A DNA stretch of 63,637 bases from Octopus bimaculoides (lineage: Eukaryota): positions 34,013,735 through 34,077,371 of the forward strand of contig NC_068990.1 of the NCBI RefSeq assembly GCF_001194135.2. Direction: 5' to 3'. The position numbers and the translations under genes were made by a program. The notes under the pieces were generated by a model. It did no database searches. It was given only the letters and a program-made list of their open reading frames with translations, and was not told where the DNA came from. Positions 1 through 12,029 of the stretch are shown one piece after another; within the stretch, counting starts at the first letter, position 1, and every line of letters starts with the position of its first letter.

Positions 1-36
<36 letters not shown>

Positions 37-50
37 GTGTGTGTATATAT
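1..50. repeat. (AT)n microsatellite
   Basis: Pure AT dinucleotide run, then a short TG/TA tract. Confidence 0.95.
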
Positions 51-462
51 GCAGAAATAAATTTCACAGAGAAAGCAATATATAAAGAAAAGCAGAAGCT
101 ACACTTTTCTGCATTTCATTTCCATTTTCTGTTTCACCTGTCAAAAATATTTTTTAAAGTCATAATTTCAAAAACATCCATCGACTCCAATAGCACAGCA
201 GCTAAAAAAAACACATCTAAGTTAGCTTTTGCCTCCTAACTAATGTCCATCAATCACGTTGACCAAGAGATCGGTAAAAAAAAGAAGCAACGTTATTGTG
301 CGTCAGCCAAGATGAAGAGAAATACACGGTCTATCATTGTATTGTCTGCCATTCTTTAAAGGCCATGACATAAATAACAGTGAATTTCTATTTGTGTCTT
401 ACATTCGTTATGTCAATTTTGCCTTGCATGTAAAACTGAAGATATTAGTAGATGTAAAGAAT

Positions 463-539
463 TCAATAAGAGATAGCATTTTCGCTACCACCAGCTGGGA
501 ACTGTGTTGCATGGTTAATGTCCGTAGAACTGGACAATG
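463..539 (-). CDS. Putative terminal coding exon (xLSSSTDINHATQFPAGGSENAISY*), gene unidentified
   Basis: AG acceptor at 540-541 with an in-frame stop just upstream. Open to TGA at 463-465. Phase 1 matches the candidate exon 5337-5410. No recognised homology. Confidence 0.15.
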
Positions 540-605
540 CTAGATTTTAAAGAATACGAACAAGCCTTTGGTGTCTTTTTTCGAGTTGTTGTTATTTTTG
601 CTCAC

Positions 606-806
606 AGGTGCAGGCATGGCTGTGTGGTTAAGAAGCTTCATTACCAATCATGTGGTCTTGGGTTCAGTCCCACTGCATGACACCTTAGGTAAAATATTTT
701 CATCTACAACCCCAGGCTGATCAAAGCCTTGTGAGTGGGTTTGGTAGATGTATACTGAAAGAAGTATGCATACATGTATGTGTGTGTCTTTGTGTTTGTC
801 CTCTGG
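606..806 (+). mobile_element. SINE family A, 5' half (tRNA head, CORE-like segment, TG tract)
   Basis: TGGCTGTGTGG A-box-like, GGTTCAGTCCC B-box-like, then acctt(a/g)gg..aag and aaagccttgtgagtgg as in the full copy at 20096. Confidence 0.85.
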
Positions 807-1400
807 TGGAAAATTGGCTAGGACAAAGTATTGGATGGGCCACTTCATGATATTTGTTCTTGTTATTAGTCTCAGAACTCAGGGTTCAAATTCTGATGAA
901 ATCAAACTTTGCCTTTTACACCGTCAATTATAAAATGTATCAAACTAAGGTGATGCATTTATAGAACTATACAAATGTCAGACCAGACACCTTCCAATAT
1001 TTGTTCTGGTTCTTCGTTTTTTGAGTCAAAATCCAACCATGGCTTACCAACCACCCTCTTTAACACTAGCACCACCACTTGGCACCTTGTGTTCCTTCAG
1101 CAGAGTCCTCTCTGCTACAAGCAATTCAGCAACACTCAGCATGAAAATACCTTTCTCTCTCCTTTCCAGCTATTTTTGGAAGCTTGTAATAGGTCAAGAG
1201 CATGCCTCCCCTATACAATAATGAAAAATGAAAACAAAAACAGTCAATATACAATACTATGTACCCATGAATCAACCATAAACAGCAGTATATGCATGTA
1301 TATACTTGTGATTATTAATCTAATAGCCAATATACAATGCTATACATCAACCAAGCACTCAGTATACAGCACTATATAACACTATATGCAGCACTATAAT

Positions 1401-1715
1401 GCTGAGATCCCCTTCAGTCATGACTGACCATGGGATTGCACCTAGAAAGTTACCCTTCCAGGCACAAGTTCAGGCAGTCGCCCATGCATACCAGCCTCCC
1501 CTCTCCATGCCACCAGTGTTATCCAAGGGAAATGCAAAGGACGATACAGCTTGGCACCTATGATGTCGCAACTCATTTCAACAACTGAGTGAACTAAAGC
1601 AATGTGAAATAAAGTGTCTTGCTCAAGAACACAACATGCAGCCTGGTCCAGGATTCGAACTCACAACCTCCCGATCGTAAGCTCGACGCTCAAACCACTG
1701 AGCCATGCACCTTCA
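1401..1715 (-). mobile_element. tRNA-derived SINE, V-domain-like family, full length with 12-bp TSD
   Basis: Minus strand has TGGCTCAGTGG (A box), GTTCGAATCC (B box) and tgtgttcttgagcaagacact. CAGCACTATAAT flanks it at 1389-1400 and 1716-1727, within a degenerate tandem repeat. Confidence 0.85.
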
Positions 1716-3350
1716 CAGCACTATAATACAGCACTATATAATACTATATGCAAACTTAACAGTCACTATATAATGCTATAGAGTTATTAATATTTCTAAG
1801 TCTCTCTAAAGGAGACTACGGCAGCAGTACTGGAAATTAATAGTTATCGCCAAGCCAACATGGCAGTCCCAAAATTAGGACGAAAGCTGCCGTGAATTAG
1901 CTCCAAGAAGCCATCGCCTCTAGCTAGCTATGTGACACACGAAACCTGTGTCCTTTATAACCTTCGAACAGGGGAGGTCAGCAGCTTCCCCCTGCTGGTT
2001 TGGCATCTGCAGACTAGTTTCAGGGTGTTGCCCCTTGTCAATGCAGAGCAGCCAAGCTCCAGCCAGGCGGCGCTACTGACTGTCTGTTCAAAGGTTATTT
2101 ATCTAATANNNNNNNNNNNNNNNNNNNNNNNNNNNNNNNNNNNNNNNNNNNNNNNNNNNNNNNNNNNNNNNNNNNNNNNNNNNNNNNNNNNNNNNNNNNN
2201 NNNNNNNNNNNNNNNNNNNNNNNNNNNNNNNNNNNNNNNNNNNNNNNNNNNNNNNNNNNNNNNNNNNNNNNNNNNNNNNNNNNNNNNNNNNNNNNNNNNN
2301 NNNNNNNNNNNNNNNNNNNNNNNNNNNNNNNNNNNNNNNNNNNNNNNNNNNNNNNNNNNNNNNNNNNNNNNNNNNNNNNNNNNNNNNNNNNNNNNNNNNN
2401 NNNNNNNNNNNNNNNNNNNNNNNNNNNNNNNNNNNNNNNNNNNNNNNNNNNNNNNNNNNNNNNNNNNNNNNNNNNNNNNNNNNNNNNNNNNNNNNNNNNN
2501 NNNNNNNNNNNNNNNNNNNNNNNNNNNNNNNNNNNNNNNNNNNNNNNNNNNNNNNNNNNNNNNNNNNNNNNNNNNNNNNNNNNNNNNNNNNNNNNNNNNN
2601 NNNNNNNNNNNNNNNNNNNNNNNNNNNNNNNNNNNNNNNNNNNNNNNNNNNNNNNNNNNNNNNNNNNNNNNNNNNNNNNNNNNNNNNNNNNNNNNNNNNN
2701 NNNNNNNNNNNNNNNNNNNNNNNNNNNNNNNNNNNNNNNNNNNNNNNNNNNNNNNNNNNNNNNNNNNNNNNNNNNNNNNNNNNNNNNNNNNNNNNNNNNN
2801 NNNNNNNNNNNNNNNNNNNNNNNNNNNNNNNNNNNNNNNNNNNNNNNNNNNNNNNNNNNNNNNNNNNNNNNNNNNNNNNNNNNNNNNNNNNNNNNNNNNN
2901 NNNNNNNNNNNNNNNNNNNNNNNNNNNNNNNNNNNNNNNNNNNNNNNNNNNNNNNNNACGTGTGTTGAAAGAAATACAATTAAACCTTGGGAGAGGCATT
3001 ATGCCAGTAATAAACACACGCACTGGTTCAGTCCTTTATTAATTTATATAGTTTTTTGTTAAATTATTTCATTGCACTCTTGCAATCTCTTCAGTAACTT
3101 GTCTCTCCACTTCCATTTATTTTGAATGTATGATCTGGCGTTGTTTTGGCGTTGTTTCGAAACTGTTCGGTATGAGCATGTGAGTGTGTGCAAGCTTGTA
3201 TGTGTGCACGCACTTATGTGTTCATGCTTATATGTAAGTATGTGCGTCCATATGTGTGTTTGTAACAATTTCGTTTATAACAGATCAGATAGAAACTTTT
3301 TAATTATTTGTTTGTCTTTTATAGCTGCTGAAGTAGACTAGGGTGTTATA

Positions 3351-3813
3351 ATGAAGGCAGTTGAATGCAGATCAGTGAGCAGGTTCCTATATTTGAAAGG
3401 TCGAACACCAAGAGAGACTTTTGATGAGATGAAAGAGGTTTATGGTAATGATGCACCCCTATACCAGATAGTCCAGTGGTCAGACATTGGTGGAAACTGC
3501 TCCTATTCCTGGACGACCACATTCCACCATTGATGACAACATCATTCATAAAGTGGAAGCTGCCATTTTGGAGGATCACTACCTATCTATTCAGCAACTC
3601 ACTCAAAAAGTGACGATAAGTGTAGGGTCATGACCATTTGCACATGCAGAAGTTGTCTGCATGATGGATTCCCCAGATGCTCACACATTTTCAGAAGCAG
3701 GAATGAGTCAATTGTTCCCAGGTTCTTTTGGTAATGTACCAAGAAAACGAGGAGGACTTTTCGCGGCAGACTTATCACACAGGATGAAACATGGGTTCGT
3801 CACTATGATCCTG
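3351..3813 (+). mobile_element. Decayed mariner transposase, N-terminal half
   Basis: MKAVECRSVSRFLYLKGRTPRETFDEMKEVYGNDAP (HTH region), then across frameshifts GRP, WIPQMLT and LITQDETWVRHYDP (first catalytic D motif). Contains stops and frameshifts. Confidence 0.85.
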
Positions 3814-3855
3814 GTGGTTCTGCCTATTGTTCTCACCAGTTTAACATGTTGATCT

Positions 3856-4152
3856 GACAAGTGTCTTCTACTATAAGCCTCAAGCCCACCAAAGCCTTGT
3901 GAGTGAATTTGGTAGACAGCAACTTAAAGAAGCCTGTCCTGTGTGTATGTGTATGTGTGTGTGTGTGTCCTTATGTCTGTATTTGTTCCACACCCCACTG
4001 CACCACTCGACAACCAGTGTTGGTGTCTTTACATTCCCATAACTTTGCAGTTTGGCAAAAGAGACAGAATATGTCTTAGTCTTCAAAAATAATAAATTCA
4101 GCAAGGTAGTGCCCCGACATGACCATGGTCTAATGACTGAAACAAGTAGAAG
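3856..4152 (+). mobile_element. SINE family A, 5'-truncated
   Basis: caagtgtcttctacta, aaagccttgtgagtg, TG tract, and a tail ending gactgaaacaagta. Confidence 0.85.
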
Positions 4153-4320
4153 TGCTGCTAACTCCGTCACGTATATCACACTGAAACTAAGTATATTACA
4201 TAGATGCAAGATCTTCAGATACAATTGTAAATATTTTAAAAGATATATTTGTGTAACAAGTATTATTGAGACACCTTTGACAGGAGAATTAGAGAATATT
4301 TAATCAAGCTTATGTGTTTG

Positions 4321-4800
4321 CCATCATCACTTAACATCCATCTTCCACACTGTTGTGGGCTGGATGGTTTAACAGGATTGGGAGAGTCAGAGGACTGCAC
4401 TAAGACCTAATGTTTGCTTTGGCATGATGTTCTATGGCTGCATGCCCTTCCTGATGCTCAAGCAATTTGTAGATTGTACTGACAGATTTTTCCATGGCAC
4501 CAACACCAGTGAGGTGGCTGAGTAATTCATGAGATGCCTCAGCTGAGCCAGGTGCAGTATTGGAAGAGGTTACCTTAATGTTGAGAGGTTAAAGTATGAT
4601 AGAGGACAGAAATGGGTGCCTTGCTGTGGAGGAGATACATGGTTACCTCAACTGGTAAAAGAGAAAAGATGTGGTGTTGATGAGATGTCAGGCATACCCT
4701 TAAGGTACAAGAAAGTGAATACAAGAGCCAGAGTAGCAACAGATGATTGGAAACAGTGGTGGTGGTTTGGCAGGGGGTAAGTTTCTGAGTGTGCAAAGGA
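4321..4800 (-). mobile_element. Old RTE-type LINE 3' end variant
   Basis: catcatc tail, ggatggttt and atgcccttcctgatgc motifs shared with the (GAT)n-tailed family. Confidence 0.6.
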
Positions 4801-5336
4801 GAGTGACAGATGGTTAAAGATAAGGATAGAGGTGAATGCAGTGAATAGGTGTGTCCTATATTTTTCTTGTTTTATCTGATTATTAGTTTTGAAATGTGCT
4901 TGATTGGCTTGAGTGTCTAGAAACCCCGGTGCAAGCTGAGGCTCCCTAGTGATTGATTAAACTGACTGACTTAAAAGATATAGTTATGCTTACAATTTTG
5001 CTTTAGATAATTGACAGACAAATCCTACTGAATCACTGATAAGTATGAAATTAATAGTAATTGTCAAATTAGTAAAAAAAAAAAAAATAATAAAAAAACT
5101 GCCACACAATGCATGGGCAAGGTTAAGTACAAATCCATCTTCTCAATTAAAAGTGATTGATAGCTATTTAATCAACTGCTTCACTTAAATATCTGCTACA
5201 AATCCAGTACCTGCTGCAGAAGTGAAATATTTTAATTCTTTAATTACTTTTAATGCTTAAGTAGCAAGTCCCTAACAATTTAGTTCTACCCCCAATACTT
5301 TTACAGTACAGTAACTAATATGGTTAATGTGCATAC

Positions 5337-5410
5337 CCTCCATGTTTCTGTTATACTGCAGAAAATCGCCTGTTATTTTCCATTTCCCATCCATGAAGAT
5401 TTTATCTTTG
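5337..5410 (-). CDS. Putative internal exon (KDKIFMDGKWKITGDFLQYNRNME), gene unidentified
   Basis: Donor G|GTATGC, weak acceptor (ataattag). 74 nt, phase 2 in and 1 out, in frame with exon 7566-7609. Confidence 0.2.
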
Positions 5411-7204
5411 CTAATTATCAATGATGATAATTTATTGACATCATCTCAGCATCTGTCTGGCTCAGATAACTTTTTTTTTTATTATGATAATAAGCAAATC
5501 ATTAAGAACATCAATACGCAAGTTAATTTAAGAATGGCCAGCAATAATTTTTGTTCAATAAAGCATCAAATAACTTTGATATTCAGATAAACTCCAGATA
5601 CAAACAGTTTTTTTTAATCAATTTAAATACAAAGTAAAAGAAATATTTCACTACAAGTCATGATAAAGTTCATATGTAATTTTAAGATCTTAATAACTGC
5701 TTGTTTTACGACAAAACAATACAACAATAAACTGGATTTACTCTACTTGTTTCCTATACTTTGTAATCTGAAGCTGTTCCACTATATTATTTATTACTTA
5801 CAATAAAATGTTCATAAAGAACACCAGACATTCAACTGGTAAAACCAAAAATAGTATATTAAAGCCATGATAGATAATGTATGAAGACTGTATAAGTTAG
5901 AGGCATTGTGTCCTATGCAAAGAACTTTTATTACCAATCCTCATCTATAAAAGCATGAATTGTTACTAGCATCAGACTCATTGTTTATGGCTTGCCCAAG
6001 TAAGTCTTAAACAATTAATGAAAGTTTATATTGAAGTAGGAATCAGAAAAATCTCTTTCTGCTTTGGTGGAAGGCTTTTTACAAAGAGTGAAATATTGGT
6101 TATATGAAAATAGATTTCAACAAGCAGAGAGGAACATAATGCAATATTCACATGGAAGATATAAGAGATGTGTGAGATGTGAAAGCAGTAGTTAGAGAGC
6201 ATAGTTCATTGATAAAAAGATAAACATGCACCAAGGACTAAACAAAATTTCAAGAACAAAAAGCAATTGCTATAACTGCTCTATTCCATAACTATTTCTG
6301 TATTTAGTTATTTCTTTCATGATTAGATTACAAAATCTAAAGAAGTTGGTGTTTAAAAAATTTTTTTCAGCTCTTGTAACATCCTATTTTTTTCTTTCCT
6401 TCAGTTTCATGATTTTGCAAAGTTAGATAGTTGGGTTTTTTTTCCTAACATTCAACCAACTAATTGATTATTACCTATATTAAAGTTAACGTAACTGAAG
6501 CAAGTGGAGTAATGCAGCTTTATTAAGGGTTCAATGCAACATTTGTGATGGGCTTTGATCTAATATGGTTCAGAATAATAGATCAAAACAATGTCATTTC
6601 AAGGGAAGAATTCACTTGCCAGAAATACTTGTGAATTTCTTTCGGATATTCAGGGGAAAGGTCAGTTAAGGTTGGTAAGAGTAACAGAGATGAAAGGTAG
6701 ATATTTTGAAGTTTATAGCCGAATTTTCATGCAAGAGTTGCAACTTATTTTGAAAATGGAAAAATACAAAAAGAAAATAAATATTAAAATAGTCTGATGT
6801 CAACAGAATGAAATCAAGCTTATGATGTTGTATAACAACTTATTGTTTTATGGAAGAAAGAAATAACAGTTATATAAATAGATATTGATTTTGTGTTTAT
6901 AATGTTAAAGTTGTTCATAAAGTCACAAATCACTACATTATTTATATTCACCTAAGTTTGTTGTTAATTTATAGCTTATTATAACAGAGTGGCTAGCCTG
7001 CTGACTATATTGAGAGTAAGTTCTAACCTACCTCACTATTGTATTGTACCCTTAATCAATGAATCTAAAAATAGATACTGCTCTTATCTAACATAGTTGA
7101 ATGGTAAGTATTAAAAATGATATTAAAAATAACATACATAGCTCATTAGAGTGTACGAGAGGAACAACGTGATGGTTTCATTTTCAAATCAATGTCTTCT
7201 AAAG

Positions 7205-7470
7205 CAGCAGTCCCCAACCATTTTTGTATCATGGACCCATTTCATGCAAGGCAATTCTTACATGGACTGGGGGATAATGTGCATAACAAAACACAATAAA
7301 GTGCATAATATATAATTTAGTTATTACATATATAATGCCAATATATATGTACAATTACATAGAACATTATGCACTTTACTTCTACTATTGTTATATTATA
7401 TCCTGTGCTGTTCAGTACAAATGATTCATGGCCTGATACTGATGTGCAGCCCAGTGGTTCAGGACTCCTG
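7205..7470. mobile_element. hAT-Charlie (MER1-like) non-autonomous element
   Basis: Ends CAGCAGTCCCCAACC...GGTTCAGGACTCCTG resemble Charlie TIRs. The 8-bp flanks TTCTAAAG and TTCCAGAG each differ by one base from the NTCTAGAN target. Confidence 0.75.
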
Positions 7471-7565
7471 TTCCAGAGTATGCCAGCTAGATAAAGCCCA
7501 TTTCTTTCCCACTAATACTCATGGAAGGATTTGTACTCTACACAGCAAGTTAAGGACATACTCAC

Positions 7566-7609
7566 CAGTTATATGCTGTTCCTATTATATGAACTGGCAT
7601 CAATTTTTC
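7566..7609 (-). CDS. Putative internal exon (EKLMPVHIIGTAYN), gene unidentified
   Basis: Acceptor ttttgtgttcattatctag and consensus donor CTG|GTGAGT. 44 nt with one open frame. Confidence 0.3.
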
Positions 7610-7715
7610 CTAGATAATGAACACAAAATTTAAGTGTTCAGTCTCATAGTCATTGTATTCTTTGTAAAATATATTGGCATAACAGCATATAGGGATCCTT
7701 CACCCAGGCACTCTG

Positions 7716-7865
7716 TCTTCTAGAAATAACAATCAGATCTCCCTCAAATTACACCAACTGTCTTGAAAAACAAAAGGACACTTTGATTATTGTAGTGAAT
7801 GGTCTGAAGAAACAGTACATGATGGTCATGGATAGAATGCTTTTGTCAATAGATTCGGCTTACTC
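7716..7865 (+). mobile_element. Unclassified interspersed repeat; related inverted copies near 31770-31930 and 44650-44830
   Basis: ctagaaata.ca..ca.atctccctcaaat.acacc motif recurs in reverse complement at other loci. Confidence 0.5.
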
Positions 7866-7899
7866 GGGGTTCCCCTGGCAATAGATAATGACCACATCA

Positions 7900-7973
7900 T
7901 GTGTGCATGTGTGTGTGTGTGTATGCATGTATGTATATATGAATACATCTGCATGCACGTGTGTATATGTGTA

Positions 7974-8009
<36 letters not shown>

Positions 8010-8187
8010 CTGATGAAGGAATATTCCAAGTGGCTTTCCGTTTTCCTATGTGTTCGTTCCGTTGTCTGTAGTTCATTGTTCTAACGTCCTGTACCCTGAT
8101 ATGCATGTATATACACATGTAGATGTAAGTATGTACATATATGTGTGTATACATGTATATATATTCTTTGTATTATATATATATATA
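7900..8187. repeat. Compound (TG)n/(TA)n microsatellite with an embedded non-repetitive 90-bp segment
   Basis: Direct reading; borders an N gap. Confidence 0.9.
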
Positions 8188-9087
8188 NNNNNNNNNNNNN
8201 NNNNNNNNNNNNNNNNNNNNNNNNNNNNNNNNNNNNNNNNNNNNNNNNNNNNNNNNNNNNNNNNNNNNNNNNNNNNNNNNNNNNNNNNNNNNNNNNNNNN
8301 NNNNNNNNNNNNNNNNNNNNNNNNATACATATAAACATATATATATTTTACAATACTCTACCTACTCAAAAAAATAAATGAATAAGTAAAGAAGAGGATA
8401 AAGATAGAAAAAGAAAAAGAAAATGCAAAAGTTTTAAATATTTACATAAATTGCTTTTTCTTAAAATCTATTTCATCTCCTTTGACAACGCAGTAGCACG
8501 GATGAAATAGTGTTTCATATATGAATTATTTACGACAGTTGTTTTCACTGTTAGATTAATCTTTTTAACTATTCAACCATCAAGTGGCAACTATTTTCAG
8601 ACAGATGAACTCAGTCAAGTGTAGTTTCACATGTTGTCTGAAATAGAACAATGTTTGAAGGAAGGTTTCAACTCATGATCTTGTTGGCTGAAGACAAAAT
8701 ACTTAACCTCACATCTATTTGTCTCATTCAGCTCATACAGAAGACATATTCTTCACACTTCACAGCTGAAATCTTTGCAGACACGGAGGGGAAACTGTAA
8801 ATATTTTCAATTACATATCTAACTGGTGGTGGTGCATGAAATACCTTAAACATTGTCAACAATTGTTAAAAGATGCAACTGTACCAAAAATAAATGTGTG
8901 TGAATCCCAGTTAACATTTGTATACTTCAAAATAGGTCCTTGTGCAAATCCACAGTTTAGTGGAGAGCAATCTTACAATTAGCTCAAAGGATAATTCTAA
9001 AATAAATTCTTCAAATCAAAATTGTCTCACCTGTGCTAACATGGAAGCATTTATTGCTTATGATTAAATTAATTGTTAAGACATTTT

Positions 9088-9279
9088 CAGGTGTAGACGT
9101 GGCAGTGTGGAGGCAAGGCATGGCTGTGTAGTAAGAAACTTGCTTCCCAACCACATGGTACTGGGTTCATTTCAACTGTGTGGTACTTTTGGTAAGTATC
9201 TTCTACTACAGCCCCAGGGCAACCAAAGTCTTGTGAGTGGATTTAGTGGATTTAGATGGAAATTGAAAGAAGCCTGTCG

Positions 9280-9314
<35 letters not shown>

Positions 9315-9572
9315 TTGTGTGTGTCTTTGTGTCTGTGTGTGTCTGTGTGTGTCTTTGTGTCTGTGTTTATCCCCCTCTATCACTTGACAATTGGTGTTGG
9401 TGTGTTTATGACCCCGTAACTTAGTGGTTCGGTAAAAGAATTTGATAGAATAAGTACTAGGCTTAGAAAGAATAAGTCCTGGGGTTGATTTATTCGACTA
9501 AAACCCTTTAAGGTAGTGCTCCAGCATGGCCATAGTCAAATGGGTGAAACAAGTAAAGAAGTAAAAGAGTAA
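9088..9572 (+). mobile_element. SINE family A, near full length
   Basis: Head (partly duplicated), CORE-like segment, (TA)n(TG)n at about 9280-9365, and tail cctggggttgatttattcgact...aagagta. Confidence 0.9.

Positions 9573-9576
<4 letters not shown>

Positions 9577-9662
<86 letters not shown>
9577..9662. repeat. (AAT)n microsatellite
   Basis: Perfect trinucleotide run. Confidence 0.95.
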
Positions 9663-9880
9663 CCTTTCTAATAAAGGCACAAAGCCTAAAATTTGGTGGG
9701 GTGGGGATTAGTTGATTACATCAACCTCAAATGTTTCACTAGTACTTTAATTTATTGTCCCCAAAAGGATGAAAGACAAAGCTGACCTCTACAGAATTGG
9801 AACTCAGAACATAGCAACAGGTGAAATACTGCTAAACATTTTGCCTGGCATGCTAATGATTTTGCCAGCTTGCTGCCTTA
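9663..9880 (-). mobile_element. SINE family B flanked on both sides by (AAT)n
   Basis: Reverse complement reads aaggcagcaagctggcaaaatcattagcatgccaggc...gagttccaattc...tttcatccttttgggg. Confidence 0.85.
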
Positions 9881-10047
9881 ATAATAATAATAATAATAAT
9901 AACAATAATAATAATAATAATTAGGCATGCAATTTTGAGATGTGTTAGTTATCTCAACCCCAGTACTTGAGTGGTGTTTTATTTTATCAACTCCTCACCA
10001 AAATATAAAAAGCTGGGAATGTACTGCAAGGCATTGTGTCCAACAAT

Positions 10048-10607
10048 AAATGCTCTGATGCAGTACCAGGCACTGGCTCACATGGCTTCTGATCTTAACT
10101 GATTGGAAGTATTATCATGTACGTTGTTTTGTCTTGGTATAAAAGATGGGCTACAGCAAATATTCTGCTCAATACCACAGATTTGCTTGTCAGTTGTTTA
10201 ACCATAACCAGTTGAGCATGTCCCTTTGTGGCTGACGATATGTGCATCTCTGTTCATGAGCAGATGTAATGCAGGAGCATCATAGCCATGTATTGAGAGG
10301 AATTCTTTGGGGTTTGGATAATTCATCTTTGGAAAAAGGGGTTTCATTGAATTTCATTAAACAACCGTTTTTCAGGGACCTTTTGAGTGGGATGGGCTAC
10401 TTGACCTGAAGAAAATTCTAATTGGATCCCACCTGCAAGGTCATGCACTATTTATCTTGATATGAGATCACCATGTTGCACACATGTGTTTGTGATGCAT
10501 GTGTCTGGTGTAGCCTTATCAGACGGGTAGTCATAATGGTTATACTGGGCTTCGTATATTTTACCGCAATGTCACTTTGATGGCATGCACTGCTCTCTCA
10601 CTCACTC

Positions 10608-10638
<31 letters not shown>
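10048..10638 (+). mobile_element. About 590-bp retroposon-like element with (AAT)n tail; class uncertain (SINE or LINE 3' UTR)
   Basis: Discrete higher-GC unit starting aaatgctctgatgcagtaccagg and ending ctcactcaat(AAT)n. I recall it as an abundant octopus repeat, but did not verify this. Confidence 0.65.
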
Positions 10639-10639
10639 G

Positions 10640-10850
10640 TTTGTAAATAAGGCAAAAGGCCAGCTATTTTAATGAGAGGAGATAAATTGATACCATCAAC
10701 CTAGTACTTGACAAATACCTAATTTTATCAACCTTAGAAATGCAAAGTTGACCTGGGCAGGATTTGAACTCAGAATACAAAGAACCAGAAAAAGTTCCAG
10801 GAAGCATTTATCCCAACGTGCCAAAGATTCTCTTAGCTTGCCACTCTAAA
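10640..10850 (-). mobile_element. SINE family B, degenerate
   Basis: gcaaagttgacctgggcaggatttgaactcagaa is the reverse complement of the B-box region of family B. Confidence 0.75.
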
Positions 10851-11332
10851 TAATGAATTCTAGTTTCAGAATATGGCAAGCGATTTTGAGATGTGTTAGT
10901 TAGTTATCTGAACCCCAGTACTTGAGTGGTGTTTTATTTTATAGACTTGGCACCAAAATTCAAAAAGCTGGGAAAGTACTGCAAGGCATTGTGTCCAACA
11001 ATCTATTGATGCTGCCAATCCACAATAAGATGTCGACAGATACTTTTGTCCAGTTCTGATTTAACTCTTAACATCAGTTGAAAAATGTTCAAAGTCAAAA
11101 GACCATTCCTGGAGAACAAAAAGAAATTATAGCAGAAAGGAATATTTTCCTTCCTTGCATTACAGAATTCATCACTTCCTTTAAAATGTATGTAACCAAG
11201 GTTAGTACAGTTCTTGAGATATCATGCATTTCAGGACTGGCTAACAGATGCAGTGCTGTGAAGTAGAGTGTCATATAGGGAAATAAGAATTAATGTCTAG
11301 AAAATTTTCATCCTCATGCTACTGTTATATCA

Positions 11333-11740
11333 TAATCATCATCATCACCATCATCATCATCAACAACATTTAACGTCTGTTTTCCATGCTGGCATAGATT
11401 GGATGGTTTGACAGCAGCTGGTAAGGCCATGGGCCACACGAGGTTCCATTGTCTATTTCTGCTTGGTTTTTGTGGCTGGATGTCCTTCCTAATACCAATC
11501 ACTTTACTGAATGTACTGGGTGCTTTTTATGTGGCACCAACACCCACAACAATGCTTTTTACATGGCACCTTGATTTTAGGATCTCAATTCTGTTGTGGT
11601 GAGTGGGTCTCCTCAAGCACAGTAATGCACCACATACCTCAGTCCTCTGTTATCTTCTTCATAAGGCTTAGGATTTTAAGATTAGCCTTCAGCACTTAAT
11701 CCCATGTCTTCCTGGGTCACCCACTTCCACAACTACCTTC
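11333..11740 (-). mobile_element. RTE-type LINE 3' end with (GAT)n tail
   Basis: (CAT)n + ttaacgtctgttttccatgctggcat + ggatgtccttcctaatacca. Confidence 0.75.
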
Positions 11741-11754
11741 CACTTTAAGTGGTC

Positions 11755-11774
11755 ATATATATATATATATATAT

Positions 11775-11812
<38 letters not shown>

Positions 11813-11940
11813 ATTTATTTGTATATATATGTATATGTATATATGCATATATATATATATATATATATGAATATATATATACTCACACACGTGTGTGTGT
11901 GTGTGTGCAAATGATACCATTTACATATATATATATATAC
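11755..11940. repeat. Compound (TA)n/(TG)n microsatellite
   Basis: Direct reading. Confidence 0.95.
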
Positions 11941-11995
11941 TAGCAGCTAAGCCTGGTTTCACCCGGTCGGTTTGGATGATGTGGCTGTAAAGCCT
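11938..11995 (+). mobile_element. Helitron/Helentron-like terminus inserted at (TA)n
   Basis: ACTAGCAGCTAAGCCTGGTTTCACCCGG: an ACTAG end with an adjacent short hairpin, directly after a TA run, resembling non-autonomous Helitron-like ends. Confidence 0.4.
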
Positions 11996-12029
11996 GGTCT
12001 GTGTAAGCATTCGACTTATCTGGGCTTGT

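Noticed and set aside
1640-1715. tRNA gene
   Set aside because: The A and B boxes belong to a SINE head with body and TSD; no acceptor stem is evident.
1790-2108. GC-richer segment before the first gap
   Set aside because: Probably an interspersed repeat, but it has no second copy or diagnostic motif in the window, so it is left unclassified.
1932-3062. Long ORFs such as 376 aa, and others at 15580, 28130, 52173 and 62292
   Set aside because: They are open only because they cross N gaps.
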